NCBI GenBank assembly: GCA_964228865.1 | Contig: CAXRAI010000058.1 | Location: forward strand, 2,011-66,010 | Direction of reading: 5' to 3' | Length of the DNA stretch: 64,000 nucleotides | DNA from: Salinimicrobium sp. | GTDB taxonomy: Archaea > Thermoplasmatota > Poseidoniia > Poseidoniales > Poseidoniaceae | Part shown: one piece after another, positions 52,566 to 61,432 of the stretch | Layout of the letters: each line of letters opens with the position of its first letter | How positions within the stretch are numbered: the stretch's first letter is position 1 | Position numbers and translations under genes: made by a program | Notes under the pieces: model-generated | What the model was told of the DNA's origin: nothing | The model's input: the letters and a program-made list of their open reading frames with translations, nothing else | Databases searched by the model: none

Positions 52566-53297
52566 TCAGGGGAGGTAGAGTCCACCGTTCACGTGCAGCA
52601 CGGCACCGGTCATGTAGGCGCTGTCTTCGCCGACGAGGAACGAGACCGCTCCGGCCATGTCGTCCGGCGAGCCCAGCCGCCGCAAGGGGACCTCAGCCTC
52701 CCTCACGCGTCGCTTCTCCGGCGTGTCGGCCGACAACAGGTCCGTGTCCACGTATCCGGGCGCGAGGACGTTGACGCGCTGGCCACGCGGACCTGCGTCT
52801 TGGGCCAACGAGCGTGCCCATGCTTGCAAGGCCGCTTTGGACGCGCTGTAATCGGCACCATGCGGCGAGCCTCGGGTGCCGAGTTGCGAACCGACGACCA
52901 CGATGCGTGCGCCCTCAGCCAGATGCGGCTGAACCGCGGCCCAAACGAGGAAGGCGCCTCGAAAGTTCACGGCCATGGTGCGGTCGAGATGCGCAACGTC
53001 CAGCTCGCCCGCTGGAACCCGGTCGTAACGCCCGTGGTTCAGCACCAGGGCATCCACGGTACGGGCCATCCAAGGATGGCTGGCCAGCAAGGCGACCTCG
53101 TCTTCGGCGGCGCAATCGATCTTCACGGCAAGCGCGTCGCCGCCGGCCTCTCGGATGGCGTCCACCACGAATTCTGCCGGGCGAGAGGAGGTCGTGTAGG
53201 TCAGCAGGACGTCGTAGCCGTCCTTGGCCAAGCGCGTGCAGACGGCGGCACCGATGCCCCGGCCTCCGCCGGTGACGAGCGCCACGGGACGGCTCAC
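52566..53297 (-). CDS. Short-chain dehydrogenase/reductase (FabG-like)
   Basis: TGGGRGIGAA cofactor motif and YSASKAAL catalytic YxxxK. The GTG start overlaps the upstream stop (GTGA). Confidence 0.85.
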   Translation of the reverse strand: MSRPVALVTGGGRGIGAAVCTRLAKDGYDVLLTYTTSSRPAEFVVDAIREAGGDALAVKIDCAAEDEVALLASHPWMARTVDALVLNHGRYDRVPAGELDVAHLDRTMAVNFRGAFLVWAAVQPHLAEGARIVVVGSQLGTRGSPHGADYSASKAALQAWARSLAQDAGPRGQRVNVLAPGYVDTDLLSADTPEKRRVREAEVPLRRLGSPDDMAGAVSFLVGEDSAYMTGAVLHVNGGLYLP

Positions 53298-53692
53298 GCC
53301 TGCTCCTCCATGTGCTTCGCGAGGATGGCGCCAAGTTCGGGTGGCGTCCAGCCCTCAGGCTTCATGACCTTCCCGTCTTCACGTCGCAGGACCTTTCCGT
53401 CCACCAGCTTGGCCATGTTTGAGCGGTGGACTTCAGCAAAGGCCTCGTCGTAGAGGCCATGCAGGCCGTGGTTGATGACCGAGCCTGCGAGGATGTAGCC
53501 GATGTCCGCGAGCGCGTCGAGGACCTCGACCAGGTCTCCGTCGGCGAGGGCCTGCGCGTATTCCTCCACTTCTTCGCGCAGGAGTTTGACACGCAGTTCG
53601 GCCAAGTCCTGCGGGCCGAGTCCGGGCGCGTCCAACTTCGGGATCTCGAAGGCCTGGTTGAACTCGAGCAGGGCCGTCAGCATCGGATTCAT
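53294..53692 (-). CDS. MazG-like nucleotide pyrophosphohydrolase-fold protein
   Basis: LREEVEEYAQAL...EVLDALADIGYIL... has the EExE/D helical pattern of the all-alpha NTP-PPase family. Confidence 0.65.
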   Translation of the reverse strand: MNPMLTALLEFNQAFEIPKLDAPGLGPQDLAELRVKLLREEVEEYAQALADGDLVEVLDALADIGYILAGSVINHGLHGLYDEAFAEVHRSNMAKLVDGKVLRREDGKVMKPEGWTPPELGAILAKHMEEQA

Positions 53693-53744
53693 GCGTCGAA
53701 GCGGGGCTTTGCGGCACTTGAGCAATCCGCTTCAGGGGTTCAGC

Positions 53745-54623
53745 TCAATCGAGGCTCACCAAGGGTTCGGTTGCATATCCTAAGGCAAGCGCGGCGAGCA
53801 ACACCCAGCCGGTCAGCATCGAGACGCGGAACAACGTGGTCTGGAAGTCCTTCAGACGGTCCATCCGCAACACGACGGCGATGTTGGCCAACGCCATGAC
53901 ACCCGCTGCGGCGAGGAACCAGATGCTCTCGACCGGGTCCGACACGGCAAAGCACGCGAACCAGAGGAGGGAGAGTTGGACGGTGGTTCGGGTCGTGGCC
54001 CGCTCGTCAAAACGTGACGGGAAGGAATGGATGCCCTGTTCCCGATCGCTTTCAACGTCCATGCGGGCATAGTTGATGTCGAAGGCCGCGATCCAGAAGG
54101 CCACGCCCAGGGAGATGGGCAGGACGGTGGGCGCCCACAGGGCGTCCGTGATGGCGGCCCAGCCGTGCACGTCGGCGGCCATGGCCACCCAAGCGCCCGC
54201 AGGAGCCAGACCGAGACAGAGGCCGAGCCAGAAGTGGCACAGCCACGTGAAGCGCTTCATGTATGGATAGACGACGAAGGTCAGGACCGGCAGCCAGGCC
54301 ATCATCAGCGCCACCCGGTTCAACAGGCCGGCACTGATGAGGAGCATCGCGAGGAAGACGGCCGACAAGATCCACGCCGTTTGCATGCTCATGCTGCCTG
54401 AGACCAAGTGACGGCCCTGCGTTCGTGGGTTGGCGGCGTCGATGTCACGGTCGATGATGCGGTTCAGGGCCATCGCAAGGCCACGTGCACCGACCGCGGC
54501 GAGGAGGATCCACATGAGGTCAAGGCCGGGTTCAAGGTCGAATTGGTCGAGGGCGAGCAGGTACCCCATGAGCACGAAAGGCAGCGAGAAGAGGGTGTGC
54601 TCCACCTTCACGAATTCGAGCAC
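53745..54623 (-). CDS. ubiA: UbiA-family aromatic prenyltransferase (4-hydroxybenzoate polyprenyltransferase-like)
   Basis: NRIIDRDIDAANPRT (NxxxDxxxD) plus 8-9 TM segments. Confidence 0.85.
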   Translation of the reverse strand: MLEFVKVEHTLFSLPFVLMGYLLALDQFDLEPGLDLMWILLAAVGARGLAMALNRIIDRDIDAANPRTQGRHLVSGSMSMQTAWILSAVFLAMLLISAGLLNRVALMMAWLPVLTFVVYPYMKRFTWLCHFWLGLCLGLAPAGAWVAMAADVHGWAAITDALWAPTVLPISLGVAFWIAAFDINYARMDVESDREQGIHSFPSRFDERATTRTTVQLSLLWFACFAVSDPVESIWFLAAAGVMALANIAVVLRMDRLKDFQTTLFRVSMLTGWVLLAALALGYATEPLVSLD

Positions 54624-54639
54624 GCTGCGTACGTCGATG

Positions 54640-56601
54640 TCAGGCCCCTCCGTTCGGGAAACGAAGGTGTGGAGGCCATGAATAGTCCGCCAATTCTGGG
54701 TGGGATGCGACCTTTTCCAAGGTCTCCGGGCTGTGCAGCGTCACGGCAGGCCAACGGCGCACGCCATGCGACTCAGAGGGGATGGGTGTCGTGGCGTCCC
54801 AACACAACCGTGCCTTTCCTTCGTCGAAGGTCAGGCCTCGGCCCACGTCGAAACGGCAAAACAGCTGCCAAAGCATGCGACGGCGAGCCTTTGGCCCGTG
54901 CAGGTCGAGATCATCATCGGTGATGATGAGCCAGCGCAAATCCTTGGCTTCTTTCAATTGCCAAATTTGATTTTTCAATTGAAGAATCTTTTCTTGACGG
55001 GCCGCCTCAAGCGCATCGCCTTCTGGCGTCACTTCCGATCCCGTGCGGGGTGAGGGCCTGCCTTCGATGGCCACGCTGACCACCAGCATGCTGTTGCGCA
55101 GCAGCCGCGCATCCTCAGCACCATCGAGGGCCAACACGGACGACAGATCGTCCCCAGCCCATCCAGGGGCTTCGGCCCCGCCACGTCGCCACTCAGGAGT
55201 CGCTTGCTTGAATGAGCCCAGCAGAGGTGCTTCTCCAGAGCGTGGATCCGTCGACGGAATGGACGTCGCATCGATGATGACCTTGTCGTGGACGTTTTCG
55301 TACGGGCTTGCTGCTTCAAGCGCGTCTGCGACCATGCCTTCGAGGACAATGACGTCCTCGGCGGGATCGACCTTGTCGTTGAGGTCATCGAGGAATCCCT
55401 CGAGGTCCTTCGGGTCGCGGTCAGGGTCGACGACGACCATCGACTTCAGGAACATCATTTGTCCAGCGCCCATCAGGCCGATGGCCGTCTTCCGACCCTG
55501 GCGAGGGTACCGTTGCTTTGAGGCGACGATGGCGAGGTTGTGGAAGCCGGTCTCCAACGGGAGATGCACGCTGACCACGTCACGGTGCTGGAAGCGAAGG
55601 ACGGGGCTGAACTGACGCCCAATGGCCTCGCCGAGGAAGCCGTCCTCCATGGGCGGGAGCCCCACGATGGTCGCCGGCAACATCGCGTCGGCACGGCGGG
55701 TCACGGCGGTGACGTTTAGCACGGGGTAGTGGCCGGTCAGGGAGTAGAAGCCGTAGTGGTCACCGAAGGGTCCTTCGACGCGCAGATCGGTCGGGTCGGT
55801 CCACCCCTCGATGACGATGTCCGCTTCTGCAGGGATCCACAGGTCCTGCGTGGCGGCTTTGGTCAGAGGGAGGCGTCGGCGACCGAGGATACCTGCGAAT
55901 TGGTACTCCGACAGGTTATCGGGAAGCGGGGAAATCGCTGAGAAAATCAGCTCAGGCGGACCTCCAAGGCAGATCGCTACCGGCATCTTCAGCCCGGCTG
56001 CGGCGTGGTCTGCGCCGTGCTTGTGCACTTGCCAATGCAAGCCTGCTTCTTTCGGTCCAAAGATTTGCGAGCGGTACATGCCAAGGTTGTGTTCGCCTGA
56101 GGCCAGGTCACGGGTGACCACCAGCGGGAGCGTGATGTAGGCTCCTCCGTCCATCGGCCATGTCGTTGGAATGGGGAGTTTGGTCAGGTCAGGGTCGGTG
56201 TCGACGATGCGCTGAACGCGGCCACGGCGCTTTCGCTTCGGGGCGAACGCCAGCGCGTCCATGGCCAGCGGTAGGGCTTCCCAAGGTCGCTTGAGGTACC
56301 GCGGCACGTCCGGCTTCATCATGGCAACCATGCGGTCGCCGATGGCCGTCTCGGTCTCAACGCCCAGAGCGCGCAAGGTCCTGTCCTCGCTTCCAAAGAG
56401 GTTCATCACCAGCGGAACCTCGCTGATGCTGCCGTCCGCAAGGCGGGGTTGCTCAAAGATCACGGCAGGGCCGTCGTTCTTCACAAGCAGGTCGGCGATG
56501 GCGCCGGCTTCGTGAACGACGTCAACGGGACGGGGGATGCGCAACACCTCACCGCGCTGCTCAAGGTGGTCCACCCACCGCTTGAGCGTCCTCCATGCCA
56601 T
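54640..56601 (-). CDS. ubiD: UbiD-family (prenyl-FMN-dependent) decarboxylase with an extended C-terminus
   Basis: N-terminus WRTLKRWVDHLEQRGEVLRI, YRSQIFGPKE...HW and a VVVDPDRD-type segment. 653 aa from MAWRTLK. Confidence 0.82.
   Translation of the reverse strand: MAWRTLKRWVDHLEQRGEVLRIPRPVDVVHEAGAIADLLVKNDGPAVIFEQPRLADGSISEVPLVMNLFGSEDRTLRALGVETETAIGDRMVAMMKPDVPRYLKRPWEALPLAMDALAFAPKRKRRGRVQRIVDTDPDLTKLPIPTTWPMDGGAYITLPLVVTRDLASGEHNLGMYRSQIFGPKEAGLHWQVHKHGADHAAAGLKMPVAICLGGPPELIFSAISPLPDNLSEYQFAGILGRRRLPLTKAATQDLWIPAEADIVIEGWTDPTDLRVEGPFGDHYGFYSLTGHYPVLNVTAVTRRADAMLPATIVGLPPMEDGFLGEAIGRQFSPVLRFQHRDVVSVHLPLETGFHNLAIVASKQRYPRQGRKTAIGLMGAGQMMFLKSMVVVDPDRDPKDLEGFLDDLNDKVDPAEDVIVLEGMVADALEAASPYENVHDKVIIDATSIPSTDPRSGEAPLLGSFKQATPEWRRGGAEAPGWAGDDLSSVLALDGAEDARLLRNSMLVVSVAIEGRPSPRTGSEVTPEGDALEAARQEKILQLKNQIWQLKEAKDLRWLIITDDDLDLHGPKARRRMLWQLFCRFDVGRGLTFDEGKARLCWDATTPIPSESHGVRRWPAVTLHSPETLEKVASHPELADYSWPPHLRFPNGGA
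54952..54984. repeat. Pair of TTTCAATTG-type 12-mers 21 bp apart inside ubiD
   Basis: TTTCAATTGCCA 54952-54963 and TTTCAATTGAAG 54973-54984, within a local AT-rich patch. Confidence 0.6.
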
Positions 56602-56670
56602 GTGTTGCTGTCTACGGTTTTGCCTTTGGACCTTCGCCGAGGCCCACGCCATGGAGCAGACGCACCATTG

Positions 56671-57939
56671 ATGGACTCCGTGGGCTCACCATGCAGCATG
56701 GCAGCGGAGCCGGAGGTCGACGTTGACCTCGTGGTCATTGGTGCTGGCCCGGGAGGAGGTTCAGCTGCCTTGCATGCCTCGAGGCTCGGCCTCTCTGTGA
56801 TGGTCCTTGAGGCCGACCCAGAAATTGGAACCCCCGTACATTGCGGCGAGTGCTTGTCGCACCTCGCCACCGAACAACTCGAACTCGATCTTCCCGACCA
56901 CGTCATCGCCTTGGCCGTGGATGGAGTGCGCGTGATTTTCCCTGACGGCACGGCGAAATTGTTGACCGAACCGGGGTACGTGCTGGAGAAGCACCTGTTT
57001 GAGCGGTGGATCATGGAGCAGGCCGAGGAACGCGGTGCAGGCATTTACCTCGGCCATCGCGTGACCAAAATGGAACGTGAATTCAATAGCGAAAATCAAT
57101 TTTCCAATTGGAGTCTCGATGGAAGAGGCGACGCTTTCCCCATCCGATGCCGTGGCGTCATCGATGCTTCAGGCGTGCATGGAGCGGCTTCGAAGATCCT
57201 TGGAATGCCCGGTGAGGTGGAGGTCATCGCGGGCTTTCAGTACGAGCTGAACGACGTGCCGAACGACGGCTACCTGGACTTTTACATCCAGCCTGAATAC
57301 GCTCCTCACGGCTATGTGTGGATGATTCCAAAGGCGGGTGAACGCGCCAACGTTGGGTTGGTCACCACCGACAAAAAGGGGGCGGTCAAGTACCTCGACC
57401 AATTCATTGACGACACCTACCTCAAAGGGAAACCACACGTGAATCCTCCTTGGCGCAAGGAGGGCATCAAGGTCAGACCTTTCGGCGGGACCATTCCCAT
57501 CTCGGGACCCAGGGCAAGCACGGTGGAAGACGGATTGCTGCTGGTCGGTGACGCAGCAGGATTCACGTCTCCGCTCTTCGAAGGAGGCACACACCTTGCG
57601 TTGTGGTCGGGTCGCGCAGCGGCTGAAACCTTTGCAGAAGCCATCGCAGCAGGTTTGCCGACCAAAGACCGTCTGTCGGGCTATCAGCGCAGATGGAAAG
57701 GTGCCTTCCCTCCTTACCACAAGATCTTGCGAGGGAAAACGGCCCTGTACGATTTGAGCGACGATGAAATGTCGGCGATGGCCAGGTGCTTGCCTGAGGA
57801 ACTCGGGTCGATGTCACCGCTGCAAAAGCTTGGCATTGGCATGAAGATCCTCGTGCGTCGCCCCGCGCTGTTGACCAAGCGCGTGATTTCTGTGCTTCTT
57901 TCGTTTGGCTATTCACGGGCCAAACACTTCGGTTGGTGA
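56671..57939 (+). CDS. Geranylgeranyl reductase-family FAD-dependent oxidoreductase
   Basis: DLVVIGAGPGGGSAA (GxGxxG) and LLVGDAAGFTSPLFEGG. Alternative start at 56698. Confidence 0.85.
   Translation: MDSVGSPCSMAAEPEVDVDLVVIGAGPGGGSAALHASRLGLSVMVLEADPEIGTPVHCGECLSHLATEQLELDLPDHVIALAVDGVRVIFPDGTAKLLTEPGYVLEKHLFERWIMEQAEERGAGIYLGHRVTKMEREFNSENQFSNWSLDGRGDAFPIRCRGVIDASGVHGAASKILGMPGEVEVIAGFQYELNDVPNDGYLDFYIQPEYAPHGYVWMIPKAGERANVGLVTTDKKGAVKYLDQFIDDTYLKGKPHVNPPWRKEGIKVRPFGGTIPISGPRASTVEDGLLLVGDAAGFTSPLFEGGTHLALWSGRAAAETFAEAIAAGLPTKDRLSGYQRRWKGAFPPYHKILRGKTALYDLSDDEMSAMARCLPEELGSMSPLQKLGIGMKILVRRPALLTKRVISVLLSFGYSRAKHFGW
57102..57113. repeat. Single TTCCAATTGGAG 12-mer inside the reductase gene
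   Basis: The bottom strand reads CTCCAATTGGAA. It is embedded in an AT-rich patch (GAAAATCAATTTTCCAATTGGAG). Confidence 0.5.
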
Positions 57940-60482
57940 CCCTTGCGCCGGAGGCAAGGTTCACGACGTGGGCCTCATCCATCCGACCAATGGGGTGGTT
58001 TGCGCTCGGGCTTGGCCTGACGGGTTGCCTCATGGTGATGTTGCCGTGGGGGCGTTGGCAAAAGGCCGAGGCCCCGTCCCCCCTTCCGACCCTCGGCGTT
58101 TTGCTTGCTTGGGTGCCTTTTCTGGTGTTGGTGCAGCGTTTTGTCACCAATGACCTCAGCGTGGCCGTGGTCAATGCCTCGGGCGGAGGTGACATGCCCT
58201 TGTTGTACCGGGTGGCCGCCACGTGGTCGGCCCGAACCGGCCCCCTCCTGCTCTGGGCAGGGTTTACGGCGACGTTGGCGTGGTGGTGGCGCCGTCCCAT
58301 GGAACGGGAAACCGTGGCCATGTCTGAACGTCGCGTGGGCTTGCTGGGAGGTTTTGCCGCACTTCTGATGCTGCTCGCCATCCACCTCAAGCCCTTTGCG
58401 GCCACCCTCCCCGGCGCTCTGCCCGGAGAACTCAGCCCTTTGCTCCAAACCGACTTGATGGTGGTTCACCCTCCGCTCGTGTTCCTTGCTTACGCGTATT
58501 GCCTGTCCATCGCCGCAACCGCGGCATCGTCGGTCGGGCAGGACGATTCTGGCTTGCTTGAGCGCATGGTCCTTCAGGCCCGACCGGCCTTTTTCGTGAC
58601 GACCTTGGCCATTGGACTGGGTGGACTTTGGGCGTACCTGATCCTGGACTGGGGCGGATATTGGGCATGGGACCCCGTCGAAACAGCCTCTTTCCTTCCG
58701 TGGCTCGCCTTGGCCACTCTTTCGCATCTGCGAACCGTGCCAAGGAAAGTGCCAGCCGTGGTCCTCCGTGGCGTTGGGCTGTTGACCGGTGCCCTCGCGC
58801 TCTTTGCCACCTTGGTCACCCGAGCGGGTGGAGCTTGGGCTTCGTCGGTGCACACCTTCGTGGTGGACGCAGAAGGAAGCGCACCTCCTGATGCCTTTGG
58901 GCGCATTGTGGCGTTGGCCATCGATGCCGGCCCGGGCATCGAAGTCATGACCTATCTTCTTGTCTTGCTCACCCTTGTTGGATGGTGGCTGGTCGACGTG
59001 GCCTGCAACGCCGGCCTACGTCGCAAAACCCGCCCGCTCGCGACCGATTGCGCCGTGCCTTTGCTGGTGCTCTTTGCCGTTCTCCTCGAAGCCATCAGCG
59101 ATGCTCCGGTCGCGGTGTTGAGTTTGCAGGGCCTGCCGTGGTTGTGGGTCTTTGTTGTCATGCTCCCCATGGCTCTCTCAAGCCAGCGCGTACCCGATGA
59201 GGAACGTGACGTGCGTCCTTTTGGTCGTCCGTACGGCGTTCCGTTTGACCTGATCCTGGCCGTCTTGATCGGTGTGCTTGGAGGCGACGTGTTCCTTGCG
59301 GTGCTGTGGCTTGCCCTCATCACACCGATCGCCCTGTCCTCCACGCCGACCGAGGCATGGCCTGCCGCGGTGCTTGGGGTGGGCTTGGCGTTGGCAGCGG
59401 CATGGACGGATTTGGCCGAGGTCGGCGTGGCGGTCCTGATGCTCCTCCCCTTCCTCCTTCCATGGTTGCTCGAAGGCGACAGCGAGTCGGACGGGTCGAA
59501 CGCGCCGACCTTGACGCGCTCGATGCTCCGTGCTTCGCTGTGGGCTGGGGCAGGCCTCTCAGGCTTGGTGCTGGTGCTCACCCTCGTCATCTTGCTGGGC
59601 TCCATCGATCAAATTCACTTCGCGGCCCATGAGGTCTACACCTCCGTGCTGATCGCGGCCGCTGGCGGGGCCTTCGTCATCTACGGCACCCGTGAAGAGG
59701 CCCCGAAGCATCGCTTGCAATGGCTCGCCGCCGTCTTCATCGTCAGCGCCCTTGGGCTTTGGCTCGCTCCCGGCTGGTGGGGAGGTGACGCGTTGGAGCC
59801 CCTCAGCAGCTTGGTGCTTCGTGGACACGTGGCGTGGATCGTGCTGCCCGTCGTGCTCATGGCCGTCCCCATCATCGCCAGAGAACTCGCACGAAAGGCG
59901 AGGGCCACGTCTTCAACCCAACTTTGGCGCCGCATCCCGGTTCAAGCCCACCTCATCCACCTCGGGCTGCTCCTCCTTTTGATCGGCCACGTTTTCACCA
60001 CGACCTTGGTCGACCGGGGTGACCCCATCCATCGCATCACCATGTTGCAGGACGAAGCAGTGGTCGTGGACGGCCTAAGTTACACCTTCACCGACCTGAC
60101 CTTGGTGCCCGAGGAAGACCTGCGTGTTGGCGATGGGGGCATCTTCGCCACCATCGACGTGCACGACGGCGAGCGCAAGATCGGGACGGTCGAACCGGGC
60201 ATGGTCCGGTTTGACGCCACAGGATTCCCACGTTCAGAGGTGGACGTGCTCCGCCGATGGTCCGGAGACATTGTGTTCATTTTCGATTACTCCCAAGCGG
60301 ACACCTTGATGCCTCAAACGATTGAAGGTGGCACAGAGGGGGTGGACGCGGTGCGCATCACGGTCTATCGCCTCCCACAAAGTCATCTGGTGTGGCTTGG
60401 TTGGGGCATGATGTTGCTCGGCATGGCCGCATTGGGATTGCGTCGTGTTGGGGCGAATCCTTCCTCCACACCGGCCGTTTGA
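57933..60482 (+). CDS. ccmF: Cytochrome c-type biogenesis protein CcmF-like (heme lyase/heme-handling)
   Basis: Trp-rich WWD motif DWGGYWAWDPVETASFLPWL. More than 12 TM segments. The start overlaps the reductase stop; alternative start at 57990. Confidence 0.78.
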   Translation: MVTLAPEARFTTWASSIRPMGWFALGLGLTGCLMVMLPWGRWQKAEAPSPLPTLGVLLAWVPFLVLVQRFVTNDLSVAVVNASGGGDMPLLYRVAATWSARTGPLLLWAGFTATLAWWWRRPMERETVAMSERRVGLLGGFAALLMLLAIHLKPFAATLPGALPGELSPLLQTDLMVVHPPLVFLAYAYCLSIAATAASSVGQDDSGLLERMVLQARPAFFVTTLAIGLGGLWAYLILDWGGYWAWDPVETASFLPWLALATLSHLRTVPRKVPAVVLRGVGLLTGALALFATLVTRAGGAWASSVHTFVVDAEGSAPPDAFGRIVALAIDAGPGIEVMTYLLVLLTLVGWWLVDVACNAGLRRKTRPLATDCAVPLLVLFAVLLEAISDAPVAVLSLQGLPWLWVFVVMLPMALSSQRVPDEERDVRPFGRPYGVPFDLILAVLIGVLGGDVFLAVLWLALITPIALSSTPTEAWPAAVLGVGLALAAAWTDLAEVGVAVLMLLPFLLPWLLEGDSESDGSNAPTLTRSMLRASLWAGAGLSGLVLVLTLVILLGSIDQIHFAAHEVYTSVLIAAAGGAFVIYGTREEAPKHRLQWLAAVFIVSALGLWLAPGWWGGDALEPLSSLVLRGHVAWIVLPVVLMAVPIIARELARKARATSSTQLWRRIPVQAHLIHLGLLLLLIGHVFTTTLVDRGDPIHRITMLQDEAVVVDGLSYTFTDLTLVPEEDLRVGDGGIFATIDVHDGERKIGTVEPGMVRFDATGFPRSEVDVLRRWSGDIVFIFDYSQADTLMPQTIEGGTEGVDAVRITVYRLPQSHLVWLGWGMMLLGMAALGLRRVGANPSSTPAV

Positions 60483-60531
60483 CTTATGAGGAGGGCTCCG
60501 GTGGCTCGGCGCACCGTAAGGTGGCAACATC

Positions 60532-61380
60532 ATGGAAGAAGGCACCATTGTCCACGTTGACTACGAACTCTACGACGGCGTCACAGGCGACCTGATTGAG
60601 ACGACCCGCGAGTCGGTCGCCCAAGAGCATGAAACCCACCAAGAGGGCCGCGACTACACGCCTTTGGTGTGCGTCGTCGGCTCGGGGAACCTCATCCCAG
60701 GCTTCGAAGCAGCGCTGCTGGAAGCCGACGCAGACGTCGAAATCGACGTCACCATCCCTGCCGTGGACGCATACGGCGAAAAGGATCCAACCTTGGTCGA
60801 AACGATCAGCATCGACAAGCTCCTTCGTTCGGTTCGTGACCGCAACCAACTCTACCTTGGTGCGCCAGTGAACGTCGGTGGGCGTCAGGGCTACTTGTCC
60901 TACCTCGCGGCCGGGCGTGCTCGCATCGATTACAACCCCCCGATGGCGGGCAAGGACCTTCGCTACAGCTTCAAGATCGTCAAGGTCGTTGAAGGCCGTG
61001 AAGCGACCGTTGAGGCCCTGTTGCAGTCCAACACCGGGCACAGCGACTTTGGCGTGACCTTTGACGGTGATGACGTCAGCATCGTGCTTCCACAGACCAT
61101 GCTGTTTGACACCAACGCGGCCATGATGAAGTTCCGTCTTGTGACCGCCATCCGTGACGCGATGGACGACGTGGCCAAGGTCACCTTCCTCGAGGTCCAT
61201 GAGCCCCGAGGCTTCGGTGCCGAAACGGATGCTGAGGACGACGATGGCGACGTTGAGGACCTGTCCGGTCTTTCCGTGGCTGAACTCAAGGAGCGCTGCA
61301 AGGCGGCCGGCCTGAAGGTCGGCGGCACGAAGGCGGACCTCATCGCGCGCCTCGAAGAGGCGTCTGGCGAGGAAGAGTGA
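60532..61380 (+). CDS. Long-type FKBP peptidyl-prolyl isomerase (SlyD/FKBP26-like) with a C-terminal SAP motif
   Basis: VHVDYELYDG...GSGNLIPGFEAALL...DYNPPMAGKDL is the FKBP core with an IF insert. The C-terminus is LSVAELKERCKAAGLKVGGTKADLIARLEEA. Confidence 0.82.
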   Translation: MEEGTIVHVDYELYDGVTGDLIETTRESVAQEHETHQEGRDYTPLVCVVGSGNLIPGFEAALLEADADVEIDVTIPAVDAYGEKDPTLVETISIDKLLRSVRDRNQLYLGAPVNVGGRQGYLSYLAAGRARIDYNPPMAGKDLRYSFKIVKVVEGREATVEALLQSNTGHSDFGVTFDGDDVSIVLPQTMLFDTNAAMMKFRLVTAIRDAMDDVAKVTFLEVHEPRGFGAETDAEDDDGDVEDLSGLSVAELKERCKAAGLKVGGTKADLIARLEEASGEEE

Positions 61381-61432
61381 TTCCCTCTGGCCAAGCCTCT
61401 TGAGGCGGGCCGTTGAGCGAACGTTGAGGCTG

